DNA of 64,000 nt, taken from NCBI GenBank assembly GCA_963816155.1, contig CAWFJE010000009.1, forward strand, positions 118,478 to 182,477, given 5' to 3'. The position numbers were made by a program, and so were the translations under genes. The DNA is from an uncultured Actinomycetes bacterium (GTDB taxonomy: Bacteria; Actinomycetota; Thermoleophilia; RBG-16-64-13). Each line of letters begins with the position of its first letter. The first letter of the stretch is position 1. A model generated the notes under the pieces. It ran no database searches. It was not told the origin of the DNA and was given only the letters and a program-made list of their open reading frames with translations. Shown here piece after piece: positions 32,192 to 42,660 of the stretch.

Positions 32192-32968
32192 GTGATCGTA
32201 TTATTCTTCGCCGATGTCGTGGGTAAGCCAGGGCGAGAACTGCTGGTCGCCAAGTTGCCCGCGCTCCGCCGTCTCCACGGGCCCGACGTGGTGGTGGCCA
32301 ACGGAGAAAACGCCACCGCCGGGGTGGGGATCAAGCCTGCACATGCCGAACAGCTCTTCCGAGCCGGGGTCGACGTGATCACCACCGGCAACCACGCCTT
32401 CAAGCATCGCGAGATCTATCGGTATCTTGACGAACACCCCCGTATCGTCCGGCCCTACAACCTACTGGCCTCCAGTCCGGGACGGGGCGTGACGGTCGTC
32501 GACACGCCGGCGGGCCGGCTGGGCGTGGTCAATTTGCTCGGGGAGCTCTTCTTGAACCCCGCCTGCTCACCCTTCGTGGGCATCGACGAGGCGCTTCAGG
32601 AACTGCACGGCGTGCGGAACGTCATAGTCGATCTGCACGGCGAAGCCACCAGCGAAAAGGTCGCCATGGGTTGGCATCTCGATGGCCAGGTGAGCGCCGT
32701 GATCGGTACGCACACCCACGTGCGTACCGGGGACGCGCGCATACTTCCGGGTGGGACGGCCTGCATCAGCGACGCCGGCATGTGCGGTCCGCGTGACTCG
32801 GTCATAGGCGTCAAGAAAGAGCTGGTGCTGGAACGTTTTCTGACTCAGATGCCCGTGCGTTTCGAGGTCGCCACGGATAACGTATGGCTCGAAGGCGTGG
32901 TCCTTGAACTGGCTGACGATGGACGGGCTCTGCGTATAGAGCCTTTCGAGGCGAGCGCCGACTCCTAG
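32192..32968 (+). CDS. ymdB: YmdB-family (TIGR00282) metallophosphoesterase
   Basis: DVVGKPG, NGEN, TTGNH, DLHGEATSEK, GTHTHV and DAGMCGP.DSVIG motifs. Confidence 0.93.
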   Translation: MIVLFFADVVGKPGRELLVAKLPALRRLHGPDVVVANGENATAGVGIKPAHAEQLFRAGVDVITTGNHAFKHREIYRYLDEHPRIVRPYNLLASSPGRGVTVVDTPAGRLGVVNLLGELFLNPACSPFVGIDEALQELHGVRNVIVDLHGEATSEKVAMGWHLDGQVSAVIGTHTHVRTGDARILPGGTACISDAGMCGPRDSVIGVKKELVLERFLTQMPVRFEVATDNVWLEGVVLELADDGRALRIEPFEASADS

Positions 32969-32988
32969 TCGGGAGGCTGAAGAGCGGG

Positions 32989-34383
32989 CTACACTGCTCC
33001 GCTCAGGTCGTGGAAGAGGAGCCCGGTGGGGAGTTTGGGGTAGAAGAACGTAGCCTTCTGTGGCATCCGCTCTCCGCCCAGTGCCACCTCGCGCACTTGT
33101 GCCAGTCCTGTGGGGTTCATGAAGAATCCAATCTGGAAATCGCCGTTCTCCAGATGCTCGAAGGCCTCTCTCGGCTCCTTGAAGAAGGTCACATGTCTCT
33201 CGGCGACCATGTCCTCGGGAGTGATTCCCAGATGTCGCTCCAGCACGAGAGCCTGGAGCACAGTGACATCGAGATCCTGGTAGGCGCTGCTGTGGCCGGG
33301 AACGGCCTCGCGGGCGGCGTCTGGGTCGGTCAGCCGGAGGCCGTAGGCTCCGTCGAGGCCCGTACCCCAGAGACCGAAGGACCTGCTCGGATGCGCTTCC
33401 AGAAAGGACCCGATCGCCGCCGCGGCCTCGTCCCCAGATACGGCGTTTCCCTCAGGCGTGAGTCGCTCGACGGCGAATGTGGGGGTCAGCTTCTGCGGGA
33501 GTGCAGCCACGAGTTCGGGATCGAGGCCCCTCACCAGTCGATGGGTGCCGTAGATGGCCAGTCCAGGGTCGGCCATGTTGCTGAAGTAGGCGAGCACGTA
33601 GTCATAGGCGCGCAGTCCGGACTCCTGCCCGCACCCCTTCGACGGCACCGGCGGCGGATTTGCCCCCTTCTGTGCCTCGCGCTGATGCCTCTGATAGAAC
33701 AGAGCCGTCTCGTAGCGATGGTGTCCGTCGGCGATGATGAACGAACGATCCGCCATGATCTGGCTCACCAGCTCCAGCAGCAGCGGGTCGGCGGTTCGCC
33801 ATAGTCTGGTGGTGGTCCTTCCCGAGCCGCCCTCGGGATCTTCGAGCACGGTCTGAGCTTCTCCCGCTCCCGGTCCTGCCTGCCAGGCGGAGGTGATCTC
33901 ATCACCGGGGAGATCGTACAGAAGGAAGACGGGGCTGAGGTTCATCTCCGTAGCCGACATCAGTCGGAAGCGGTCTTCCTTGGGCCCCGACAGGGTCTGT
34001 TCGTGCGGGAACACGACTCCGTCGCCGAAGTCGGAGAGCCGCAGCAGGGCGAGGAAGCCTCGGCGCGTACGGGCTCTACCGTCGGGACCCGTGAACGATT
34101 CCTCCACGAACGTCAGAGAGGGCTCGGGGTCTCGTACGATGACCGCATCCTCTTTCCACTGCGCGAGTTGGAAGGCCGCCCTGGTGTACGGGTTGTCGCA
34201 GTCGTTGTCGGAAGGAGTGGTCATGCCCAGGTCTATGCGCACCACGTTGTAACGGCTGCGAGCGTAGAGACGAGACTGGAGTTCGGGCCCGATGACGTCG
34301 TAGGGGGGTGCGATCAGTCGCGCCAGGTCCCCCGCTCGCTCACGATGGTATCGCCAGGCGCGAAAGGGGATGACGGTCTGCAC
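32989..34383 (-). CDS. DUF1015 family protein
   Basis: PFRAWRY, APPYDVI, PHEQT, IADGHHRYETAL and MPQKATFFYPKL motifs. Confidence 0.92.
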   Translation of the reverse strand: MQTVIPFRAWRYHRERAGDLARLIAPPYDVIGPELQSRLYARSRYNVVRIDLGMTTPSDNDCDNPYTRAAFQLAQWKEDAVIVRDPEPSLTFVEESFTGPDGRARTRRGFLALLRLSDFGDGVVFPHEQTLSGPKEDRFRLMSATEMNLSPVFLLYDLPGDEITSAWQAGPGAGEAQTVLEDPEGGSGRTTTRLWRTADPLLLELVSQIMADRSFIIADGHHRYETALFYQRHQREAQKGANPPPVPSKGCGQESGLRAYDYVLAYFSNMADPGLAIYGTHRLVRGLDPELVAALPQKLTPTFAVERLTPEGNAVSGDEAAAAIGSFLEAHPSRSFGLWGTGLDGAYGLRLTDPDAAREAVPGHSSAYQDLDVTVLQALVLERHLGITPEDMVAERHVTFFKEPREAFEHLENGDFQIGFFMNPTGLAQVREVALGGERMPQKATFFYPKLPTGLLFHDLSGAV

Positions 34384-34549
34384 TTGACACTCCTGCTCGT
34401 TATGGGCCCTTCGATGTTGATGATAACACCGGGGGAGAAGGTCCCCGGACAGTGCGCGGAAGGTAGTATATGGGTACATTGAACAGCAGGGTCCACCGAC
34501 TGGCAGTCGTCAACCGGCTGTGCCGGGCAAGGAAGGGGAGGTTGCACTG

Positions 34550-35032
34550 ATGTCGTTCATGGACAAGGTCTCTGCAGGGGCGGAGCGGGCGGTCAAAGAA
34601 GCCGAAAGGGCGATCGACAAGGGCAAGTCCAAGGTCACCGAGCTGCAGGTCGAGATGCAGATGGACAATCAGGCCAAGAAGCTCGGCTACATCGTCTTCG
34701 ACTTCTATCGCGGACGCGAGGTCGATCAAGCGCAGCGCCAGAAGTACTTGGACGAGATGTCTCGCCTTGAAGACCAGTTGGCTCAGGCTCGCGCCGAGGC
34801 CGACGCCAAGAAGGCAGGGGCGGCCGCCGCCGCGGCGGCGGCAGGCGGCGCGGGCCCGGCCGGCTCGGAGGCAGCACCCGGGGAGGATGCGACCCAACCG
34901 GCTCCCGGCTATCCGCCGGTGCCCCCGATCGAGCCCGACTGTACAATGCCTGCTGCCGGCTCCGAGGCGGCCCAGGAGTCGGCGGACGAGACCTTCAAAG
35001 AGGGCGGTACCTGGCCGACGGGCGACGCCTGA
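34550..35032 (+). CDS. Hypothetical protein (coiled-coil N-terminus, low-complexity tail)
   Basis: Strong RBS and codon bias; MSFMDKVSAGAERAVKEA. Confidence 0.75.
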   Translation: MSFMDKVSAGAERAVKEAERAIDKGKSKVTELQVEMQMDNQAKKLGYIVFDFYRGREVDQAQRQKYLDEMSRLEDQLAQARAEADAKKAGAAAAAAAAGGAGPAGSEAAPGEDATQPAPGYPPVPPIEPDCTMPAAGSEAAQESADETFKEGGTWPTGDA

Positions 35033-35093
35033 TCTGCGGGTGACCGGTCGAGCGGCCTGCGCCTCGCCGGCGCCGGCCGCCCCTTCGATACGC

Positions 35094-35140
35094 GGCCCGC
35101 TGTGGACCGCCCCGTCGAGACATGGCCCGCTGTGGACCGC
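35094..35140. repeat. 17-bp direct repeat, two copies
   Basis: GGCCCGCTGTGGACCGC at 35094 and 35124. Confidence 0.7.
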
Positions 35141-35481
35141 GGGACCTTCCGCCTGATACTATCTCGCCCGCAGGGGAGTAGTTCACCTTCTCGCTCGTGA
35201 GCGGGAAGCGTCGGGGAGATCGTCATCACGGTCCGCAAGGACCCGGTCCCCCACCTCAGGCGAGGCGAACGAGACCGGCAGCCGGTGCACACCTATTCGG
35301 TCGGCCGTCGTTCGCATCCCGACGGCATGGACGGCCGGGCTGATAGAAAGGCGGCTTCATTGGCCCGCAGTTCCCTGCTCAGACTCGCGATATCCGCCGC
35401 CACTCGCTCGGCCCACTCGCTCGGCCGTCGTGCCGCTATCGAACTGCACTCGGAGCGCCCCAGGGCGTGTAGGATGTTCTG

Positions 35482-38295
35482 ATGAGCGACTGGTATCGCA
35501 TCACCACTGATGAGGCGCTCTCCCAGGCGGGCACCCAGTCTCGCGATGGTCTGGCGCCGGAGGAAGCGGCTAGGCGGCTTGCCGAGAACGGCCCCAACGA
35601 ACTGGCCGAGGCGGACGTGAAGAGCCCGTGGCGTATTCTCCTGGAGCAGTTCACCTCGATCCTCATAATCATCCTCATCCTGGCGGCCATCGCCTCGGCG
35701 TTCCTGGGCGACTACGAGGACGCCATAGCCATCTTTGCCATCCTTGTCCTCAACGCCGTTCTCGGCTTCCGGCAGGAGTACAACGCTGAGAAGACCATGC
35801 AGGCCCTGAGGCAGCTGGCCACCCCCATGGTGCGTGTGCGTCGGGGAGGCGAGGTGGAGGAGATACCCGCCAGCGACCTGGTGGTGGGGGACGTGGTCCT
35901 GCTCGAGGCCGGCAACTTGGTGCCTGCCGATTGCCGCCTGCTCGAATCTGCCAACCTGCGCGTGCAGGAATCCGCCCTCACCGGTGAATCGGAGCCTGTT
36001 GAGAAGGTGATCGGCGCGATCGAGCAAGACGAGGTCGCTCTCGGGGATCAGCTCAACATGGTGTTCATGGGTACCGCGGCGTCCTACGGACGCGCGCAAG
36101 CCTTGGTGGTGGCGACCGGCATGGACACCGAACTGGGGCGTATCGCGGGCATGCTGCAGACCGTGCATCGGGAGCGCACCCCTCTGCAGAAGCGCCTGGC
36201 TCAATTGGGCCGGTGGCTGGCCATCGCGGCGCTCGTGCTTGTGGCGATCATATTCGCCGAAGGTCTTATCCAGGGCGAGAGCGTCCGCGTCATGTTTCTG
36301 ACGGCCGTGAGCATGGCTGTCGCCGCGGTGCCTGAGGGGCTGCCGGCTATCGTCACCATCGCCCTGTCGGTGGGAGCTCAGCGCATGCTGCGTCGGCGCG
36401 CCCTCATCCGCAAGCTTCCGGCCGTCGAGACCCTGGGCTCGGTGACCGTCATCTGCTCCGACAAGACAGGCACCCTCACCCAGAACCGCATGACCGTGGT
36501 GATGCTCGATGCCGCAGGTCACGAGGTCGATCTGGTGGAAGTCCTCGAACGGGGCCGTCCGGCTCCGTTGGCGGTCTCAGAGGCCGGGTACGACGCGCCT
36601 CTCATCACCGACAAGCCCGGGGTGGCGTTGCTCGTGGCTGGGGGAGCGCTCTGCAACGACTCCCTTCTGGTGACGGCGAACGTGGGCGACGAAGAGGCGG
36701 CGGGTCACAACGAATTGAGGGTCATCGGAGATCCCACCGAGGGAGCCCTCGTCATGGCGGCGGCTCAACTCGGCATCGCCAAGGCCGAGCTGGAACGGCA
36801 CTATCCCAGGGTCGCCGAGATCCCGTTCGATTCCGAGCGCAAGCTCATGACGACCGTCCATGCACTGTCCGACACGCCCATGCCCCAGCTCGCGGGTCTG
36901 GGCTACTGTCTGCACGTCGACCCCCAGTGCGACTACGTTGCCTTCACCAAGGGTGCCGTCGACTCCATCCTGCCCATCTGTGTGGCCTCCTGGGACGGCG
37001 ACAGGGTGGTTCCTCTAGACCAAACGCTCAGAGAGCGCATCGAGGTCGCGAACGCCCGTATGGCGCAGCGGGGCATGAGAGTCTTGGGACTGGCGTTCAA
37101 GCTCATGGGTGATCCGCGCGAGGGCGGGGATTCGAGCGGCTGGGAAGCGGGATTGGTCTTCTCCGGGCTCGTGGGCATGATCGATCCGCCGCGGACCGAG
37201 GCACGTGAGGCTGTGCTGACGTGCGTCTCCGCGGGTATTCGCCCGGTGATGATCACCGGTGATCATCCTCTGACGGCGCGCAGCATTGCCTCTCAGGTCG
37301 GCATCATCTCAATGTCGAGCCCCGAAGACCACAGCCACCGGGTATTGACCGGCGCCGATCTCGATCGTCTCGAGCTGCCCGAACTGGAGAAGGTGGCGGG
37401 GGACGTATCGGTATTCGCCCGAGTCGCCCCCGAGCACAAGATGAAGATCGTGCAGGCGCTCCAGGACACGGGAGAGATCACGGCCATGACCGGCGACGGA
37501 GTCAACGACGCTCCCGCCTTGCGCAAGGCTAACATTGGCGTGGCCATGGGGATCACCGGGACCGACGTGGCAAAGGAAGCCTCCGACATGGTCTTGCTCG
37601 ACGACAACTTCGCCACCATCGTGGCGGCTGTGAGAGAAGGCCGCGTCATCTATGACAACATCCGCAAGTTCATCAAGTACCTCATGGCCACCAACACCGG
37701 TGAGCTGTTCGTGATGCTGGTCGCTCCGTTCCTGGGCATGCCTCTTCCTTTGCTGCCCCTTCAGATCCTATGGATGAACCTGGTCACCGATGGGCTGCCC
37801 GCACTGGCCTTGGGGTTCGAGCCTCCGGAGCGGGACGTCATGCACCGTCCGCCGCATCCACCCGGAGAAAGCATCTTTGCCCGTGGCCTGGGAAGCCATA
37901 TCCTCTGGGCCGGCCCTCTCATGGGCCTCGTCGCGCTCATGACCGGCTTCGTGTTCTGGGAAATGGACGACGAGCTCTGGCAGACCATGCTGTTCACCGT
38001 GCTCACGCTCGGGCAGATGTTCCACGTCATGGCCATACGGCTGGAACGTGAATCACTGTTCACCAGGGGGCCGTTCACCAATCCTCATCTCTTCTGGGCC
38101 GTGATGGCGACCATCGTCCTGCAATTCGCGCTGATCTACATACCGTTCCTGCAGGATCTGTTCGAGCTGAAGCCTCTGGACTACTGGCACATCCTGCTGG
38201 CCTTCGCGCTGGCCTCGATCATCTTCTGGGTGATAGAGGTGCAGAAGTGGGTGCTCCGGTGGAGGGACCGCGCGTCCGGGGTGGCATCCACCTAG
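35482..38295 (+). CDS. Cation-translocating P-type ATPase (type IIA, Ca2+-like)
   Basis: [31 protein letters not shown] and NLVTDGLPA motifs. Confidence 0.95.
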   Translation: MSDWYRITTDEALSQAGTQSRDGLAPEEAARRLAENGPNELAEADVKSPWRILLEQFTSILIIILILAAIASAFLGDYEDAIAIFAILVLNAVLGFRQEYNAEKTMQALRQLATPMVRVRRGGEVEEIPASDLVVGDVVLLEAGNLVPADCRLLESANLRVQESALTGESEPVEKVIGAIEQDEVALGDQLNMVFMGTAASYGRAQALVVATGMDTELGRIAGMLQTVHRERTPLQKRLAQLGRWLAIAALVLVAIIFAEGLIQGESVRVMFLTAVSMAVAAVPEGLPAIVTIALSVGAQRMLRRRALIRKLPAVETLGSVTVICSDKTGTLTQNRMTVVMLDAAGHEVDLVEVLERGRPAPLAVSEAGYDAPLITDKPGVALLVAGGALCNDSLLVTANVGDEEAAGHNELRVIGDPTEGALVMAAAQLGIAKAELERHYPRVAEIPFDSERKLMTTVHALSDTPMPQLAGLGYCLHVDPQCDYVAFTKGAVDSILPICVASWDGDRVVPLDQTLRERIEVANARMAQRGMRVLGLAFKLMGDPREGGDSSGWEAGLVFSGLVGMIDPPRTEAREAVLTCVSAGIRPVMITGDHPLTARSIASQVGIISMSSPEDHSHRVLTGADLDRLELPELEKVAGDVSVFARVAPEHKMKIVQALQDTGEITAMTGDGVNDAPALRKANIGVAMGITGTDVAKEASDMVLLDDNFATIVAAVREGRVIYDNIRKFIKYLMATNTGELFVMLVAPFLGMPLPLLPLQILWMNLVTDGLPALALGFEPPERDVMHRPPHPPGESIFARGLGSHILWAGPLMGLVALMTGFVFWEMDDELWQTMLFTVLTLGQMFHVMAIRLERESLFTRGPFTNPHLFWAVMATIVLQFALIYIPFLQDLFELKPLDYWHILLAFALASIIFWVIEVQKWVLRWRDRASGVAST

Positions 38296-38373
38296 ACCTG
38301 CTCACAGGCCGTTGCGGAGTGGCGCGGCGCGGGCCCCGTCCATACGGGCGCCGCGCACACTTTCCGCGGCAGT

Positions 38374-38772
38374 TCAGGTCGTGGTGGTGTAGACCTCGAA
38401 GGCGGGTGGCCGCTCCAGATGGCGCTTGACCGTGCAGAGTTCCGCGGTGCGGATGATCGCGTCGCGGTACTTCTCGGGGAAGTCGGCGGGCAGCTTGATC
38501 TCGAGTTGGATCTTGGAGATCAGATGGGTCTCGGGATCGCGTTCCACGATGCGCATGGCCAGACCCGCACCCTCCGAGGGCAGGCCCCGCTGCTGCAGGA
38601 ACCCCAGCACGAAGATGCCCGCGCAGGTACCCAGTGAGACCAAGAACAGATCGAAGGGGGCCAAGGCCGTACCGTCTCCGCCGGCACCTACCGGCTGGTC
38701 GGTCTCTATCGTGAAGCCCTTGTAGTTGGCGTAGACCTTCTTGTTGCCGGGAAAGTAGACTTCCATGTCCAT
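38374..38772 (-). CDS. OsmC-family protein
   Basis: PFDLFLVSLGTCAG and AELCTVKRHL conserved Cys pair. Confidence 0.85.
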   Translation of the reverse strand: MDMEVYFPGNKKVYANYKGFTIETDQPVGAGGDGTALAPFDLFLVSLGTCAGIFVLGFLQQRGLPSEGAGLAMRIVERDPETHLISKIQLEIKLPADFPEKYRDAIIRTAELCTVKRHLERPPAFEVYTTTT

Positions 38773-38847
38773 GCGCGACCCTCCTTGGGTGAGTGGTCCA
38801 TTGGCCACTACGATAGCGCAGCGGCCAAGGCTATGCCTGGACGTGGC

Positions 38848-39108
38848 TCAGAGTATCTTGTCTGGAGTCGTCCGTACCTGGAAGCGTTGGAACTCCTCGA
38901 GAGCTTCCAGCACTTGGGCGAAGCCGTGTTCGATGGCCATAGAGAGGTAGCCGGCCTGGGACTTGTCCAAGACGACTTGGCGATCGAAACCGCACTCCGG
39001 GCACCACAGCCGGACATGCCAGCAAGACCGCTCATCCTGCTCCCAATCGGAGGCCTGCACCAGTGGCGACGCGCAGGTCCGGCAGAATATCTGGGGTGAG
39101 GTGCTCAC
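38848..39108 (-). CDS. Small zinc-ribbon protein of unknown function
   Basis: CRTC...W...LWCPECG followed by an amphipathic helix. Confidence 0.65.
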   Translation of the reverse strand: MSTSPQIFCRTCASPLVQASDWEQDERSCWHVRLWCPECGFDRQVVLDKSQAGYLSMAIEHGFAQVLEALEEFQRFQVRTTPDKIL

Positions 39109-39203
39109 TGGAGCTCGGCGCTCGTGTTCACGATGACTCTTCTCTTCCTGGGGTGGTCGGCCGATGGCGATGCCGACCCCCGCCGATGAACGCTACGTGT
39201 TAT

Positions 39204-39231
39204 CTATCGGCGGAGAGAAGGGAGGAGTTTA
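39204..39231 (-). promoter_or_regulatory. Sigma28/SigD/WhiG-type promoter
   Basis: Minus strand TAAA-N16-GCCGATAG upstream of the zinc-ribbon gene. Confidence 0.65.
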
Positions 39232-39233
39232 GG

Positions 39234-39935
39234 CTACTGGTAGCCGAGAGCATTCTTACGGGAAAGGCGATTGGAGATGTAGATGATGACGGCCGCCAGC
39301 CCCACGAAAGCCAGTACCATCCATAGGGCATTGGTCCAAGAGCCGTACAAGGTCTCATTGTAGATGGTGATGGGCATCGTCGTCGTCTTGCCGGGTATGT
39401 TGCCTGCCACCATGAGCGTCGCCCCAAACTCGCCCATGGCCCGGGCGAAGGCCAGGGTGGCTCCGGCGATTATCCCTCGGAACGAGAGCGGGATCACCAC
39501 GTGGAAGAGTGTGAATAGCTCTGAGCGCCCAAGTGTGTAAGAGGCGTTGATGAGGCTCTGGTCGACCGACTCCATGGCCGAAGTGGCCGTTTTGACGAGC
39601 AGCGGCAGCGAGACGATGAACGAAGCGATCACGGCTGCATACCAGGTGAACATGATGTCCAGTTGCTCACCCGTGACAGCCTCGTATGCTCTCCCCAACA
39701 TCCCGTTTCGCCCAATCACGAGGATGAGTAGATAGCCGACCACGGTGGGTGGGAGCACCATGGGGAGGGTGACCAGGACGTCCAGCAGTCCGCGGCCTCG
39801 AAACTGCTTGCGGGCCAGCACATATGAGATGGGTACGCCCACCACGATGGCTACGATGGTGGCGCATATCGCCACTTGCAGGGAGAGGCGCAGGGGGAAC
39901 AGTGTGCTCACAACGTCGGCTCCTGCTTCTTGCAT
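39234..39935 (-). CDS. modB: Molybdate ABC transporter permease
   Basis: LPMVLPPTVVGY and FARAMGEFGATLMVAGNIPGKT motifs. Confidence 0.92.
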   Translation of the reverse strand: MQEAGADVVSTLFPLRLSLQVAICATIVAIVVGVPISYVLARKQFRGRGLLDVLVTLPMVLPPTVVGYLLILVIGRNGMLGRAYEAVTGEQLDIMFTWYAAVIASFIVSLPLLVKTATSAMESVDQSLINASYTLGRSELFTLFHVVIPLSFRGIIAGATLAFARAMGEFGATLMVAGNIPGKTTTMPITIYNETLYGSWTNALWMVLAFVGLAAVIIYISNRLSRKNALGYQ

Positions 39936-40200
39936 CTAGTACCCATGACCCCGCTCCATCTGTGCGCGTAATACTGAGGGCAGGATAACGTCAAAAGTGT
40001 TGATGCTCAAGTCCGGGCTGCAACCGGCCACCCCTGTCCGGAGCGGAACTGGGAGTGAGCGGCAACGCCGCGCCACGCATGACTGGCGGGAGGGATGGTC
40101 GTTCGGTATGCTCTCTGGCCACGGGCGTCGGGTCGCCGAACACGACGCATGGGCCGGCCGGGCGTTCAGGTCGTTCGGAGGGTGGGAGGGTGCCAAGGGC

Positions 40201-40626
40201 ATGAACATGATCAGCGGCTTCGACTCGGTAAGCATGGCTCTGTCGGCGGAACTCCAGGCGCGTGGTTTCGCCGTGGCCGGAGATACCGTAGGTCTCCGCG
40301 GGGCGCTCTATATCAAAGGCGACGGCGATCGGGCGCTGGCGCTGTTTGAGTTCAAGGGCACGGCTGAGGAGGCTATCGAGACCATGTATCAGGGTCGTTG
40401 GATGCCGGATATGCCTCCCCGATACGCCGTTCTCCCGGTCACAGAGAGAGACAAGCCGGAACTGGACCTGCTGAATCAGGCGGGGCTGAGTTTCTTGCTG
40501 TACGAGGCCGGCGAACGCCAAGGGGACGGCGAAGAGGATGGGGCACCCGCCGCGGTCTTTCCTGAACTGGACAGGGATCTCGCCCCCGTCAGGGAGCGCC
40601 GGCGTAGCGAGGCGGCCGCCGAATGA
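40201..40626 (+). CDS. Hypothetical protein, possibly PD-(D/E)xK-like fold
   Basis: Good codon bias; LFEFK..AEEAI..YQG...YAVLP pattern. Confidence 0.55.
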   Translation: MNMISGFDSVSMALSAELQARGFAVAGDTVGLRGALYIKGDGDRALALFEFKGTAEEAIETMYQGRWMPDMPPRYAVLPVTERDKPELDLLNQAGLSFLLYEAGERQGDGEEDGAPAAVFPELDRDLAPVRERRRSEAAAE

Positions 40627-40663
40627 CCGGCCGTGTTCCGGCCGCCGGTCAAGCCATCGGTCT

Positions 40664-41761
40664 TCAGTACAACCAGGGGACGATGCGCCGGGGCACCCGG
40701 CTGCGGTAGTCCTGCCACAGGGCCCCGTACTTCGCTGCGCACCGTCGCTCGTCTGCGTACTCCCGCGGCAAGAGCAGCGCCACGTAGTACAGAGGATAGA
40801 GCCAGACGACCCATACGGCGGGATATCCGAGTGTGAGCGTCAGCCCCACGGCCATGAGGATCTCGCCCAGATAGTTGATATGTCGGGAGACTCCCCAGAA
40901 ACCGCTGGCCAGCAGCGTATTCTGGCCATCGCTCAGGGCGACGGGAGCCATGATGCCCAGGAAGGAGTGGTCGGGCCGGGTCTTGAACGAGTACTTCTGC
41001 ATGTTGGCGCCGCGGGAAAGACTCCAACCGGTGAAGAAGATGAGGGTGAAGACAACAAGCAGCCACGCGGGAGTGGACGGGTCGGGCCGATGTGCCGTCG
41101 CCCACAAGCCGATCAGATAGAAGTACGGGTAGAAGGTGAAACAACCCCACACCAGCTTGAACCCGACCCGCTCGGCGAAGATGTCATAGGTGTAAAGGTG
41201 GACTCTCTCGAAGGTGAGGTAGTCGACGATGAACCAGAAGAAGAGGAAGGCGTAGAGCACCACACCCGGCGAGAGAGCCGCTCCGAAGACCAAGACGTGA
41301 TGGGCCGCGAAGGAGAGGATGTTGAGGGCGAGCATGGCCGCACCCACGAGGTACAGGAACATCTTGGCGTCCAACCGGGGCCGTCCTCTGACCGCGAAAA
41401 ACTGCGGGTTCTCTGCCCTGCCGAAGTAGAAGTCGGCCAGGAAGGAACGGCCTGTGGGCCGGGCGGCGATGACGAGGGCGATCGTGAGGACCAGACCCAG
41501 CGTGGCCGAGCCGGCAAGTCCCGGCCAGCGATGCGAGTAGAGCCAGTCCCATTCGAGAAGCCCAGTGAATCCTACCACCACCCACAGGAGTACGAGGACC
41601 GCGAGGACCGGCAAGCCGTTCAGCCGGTATTCCAGGAGCTTTCCGGTATGGGGATCGCGTACGTAGCCCGTCACCCTGCGCGCCGGCAGTGCTAGGTGGA
41701 GGCCGAGGATGAGCGCGTATACGATCCAGGGAGCGAAGAAGCCGGCGACTATGTCCATCAC
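40664..41761 (-). CDS. ERG4/ERG24-family (sterol reductase-like) membrane oxidoreductase
   Basis: YRLNGL, DFYFGR.ENP, RGANMQK, LLASGFWGVSRHINYLGE and DERRCAAKYG.LW..Y..RVP motifs match the ERG24/DHCR7/LBR pattern. Confidence 0.85.
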   Translation of the reverse strand: MMDIVAGFFAPWIVYALILGLHLALPARRVTGYVRDPHTGKLLEYRLNGLPVLAVLVLLWVVVGFTGLLEWDWLYSHRWPGLAGSATLGLVLTIALVIAARPTGRSFLADFYFGRAENPQFFAVRGRPRLDAKMFLYLVGAAMLALNILSFAAHHVLVFGAALSPGVVLYAFLFFWFIVDYLTFERVHLYTYDIFAERVGFKLVWGCFTFYPYFYLIGLWATAHRPDPSTPAWLLVVFTLIFFTGWSLSRGANMQKYSFKTRPDHSFLGIMAPVALSDGQNTLLASGFWGVSRHINYLGEILMAVGLTLTLGYPAVWVVWLYPLYYVALLLPREYADERRCAAKYGALWQDYRSRVPRRIVPWLY

Positions 41762-42603
41762 GTTCCTTTCGAAGATTTACCGGACGCGGCGAGACCCCGA
41801 GTGGAGCGTGCCATGATGGAGATGGCTGTTCGACGGGGCGCCAGCCGTGTCATGAAGGCTGCTGCCAGATTGTTGACGAAGCCGGGGATGACGACGGGTC
41901 CCTTGTCCAAGGCGCGAAGGGTCCGCTCTACGACCTGGTCGGGATCGAGCGAGCCAGGGGCGTCCTTGCCGGACGACTCCAGGTACCCGGGCGTGCGCAC
42001 GGCGCCTGCGCAGCAGGCGACGACGTCGACGCCCTGATCCTTGAGTTCGTGCCACAGACTCTCGGCGAGGATGCGATTGAAGGCCTTGCTGGATGCGTAC
42101 GCTGCCAGCCGGGGAGTGCCTTGGTTACCGGCCAGAGAGGTCATGAGGATGACTCCCCCTCGACCACGCCGGGCCATCTCCGGCAGGAACATCCTTAGCA
42201 GAACTACGGGGGCGCGTACGTTGACGTCGACGACCAGGGCGAGCTCCTCGATTTCGGTCGAGACGAAATCGCCGATGGGCGCGTGCGTGGCGTTGTAGAC
42301 GAGCAGGCCGACATCGAGCGTGGCGCAGGCCACCTCAAGTTCTTCATGGAAGACGGCTGACGAAAGGTCTCCCGCACAGCAGCGCACCTCTACGCCACTC
42401 TCGCGTCGGAGGTCGGCGGCCAGTGTCTCAAGCAGCGGGGCACGCCTGGCGACGAGCACGAGGTGGAGACCGCGCTGCGCCAGCGCACGGGCGTACGCGG
42501 CACCCAGGCCTTCAGACGCGCCGGCTACCAGCGCCCAGGGCCCGTAGCGGCCTCCGAAGTCGGCGGAAGCTCGCGTGGCATCGTTTCGACGTATCGTGGC
42601 CAT
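41758..42603 (-). CDS. Short-chain dehydrogenase/reductase (17-beta-HSD/KAR-like)
   Basis: YGPWALVAGASEGLG and YASSK motifs. Confidence 0.9.
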   Translation of the reverse strand: MATIRRNDATRASADFGGRYGPWALVAGASEGLGAAYARALAQRGLHLVLVARRAPLLETLAADLRRESGVEVRCCAGDLSSAVFHEELEVACATLDVGLLVYNATHAPIGDFVSTEIEELALVVDVNVRAPVVLLRMFLPEMARRGRGGVILMTSLAGNQGTPRLAAYASSKAFNRILAESLWHELKDQGVDVVACCAGAVRTPGYLESSGKDAPGSLDPDQVVERTLRALDKGPVVIPGFVNNLAAAFMTRLAPRRTAISIMARSTRGLAASGKSSKGT

Positions 42604-42660
42604 GGGTCTCCGTGATCTCGGGTCGGTCCACGGTGACCCATCCTATCAATCCCGCGGCCG

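Noticed and set aside
35094-35140. 17-bp direct repeats (also 43675-43727) as a mini-CRISPR
   Set aside because: Only two or three copies, spacers too short, and no cas genes in the window
34909-35460. Minus-strand ORFs joined by an in-frame TAG (possible read-through)
   Set aside because: No recognisable protein or RBS; the upstream frame is the antisense shadow of the P-type ATPase
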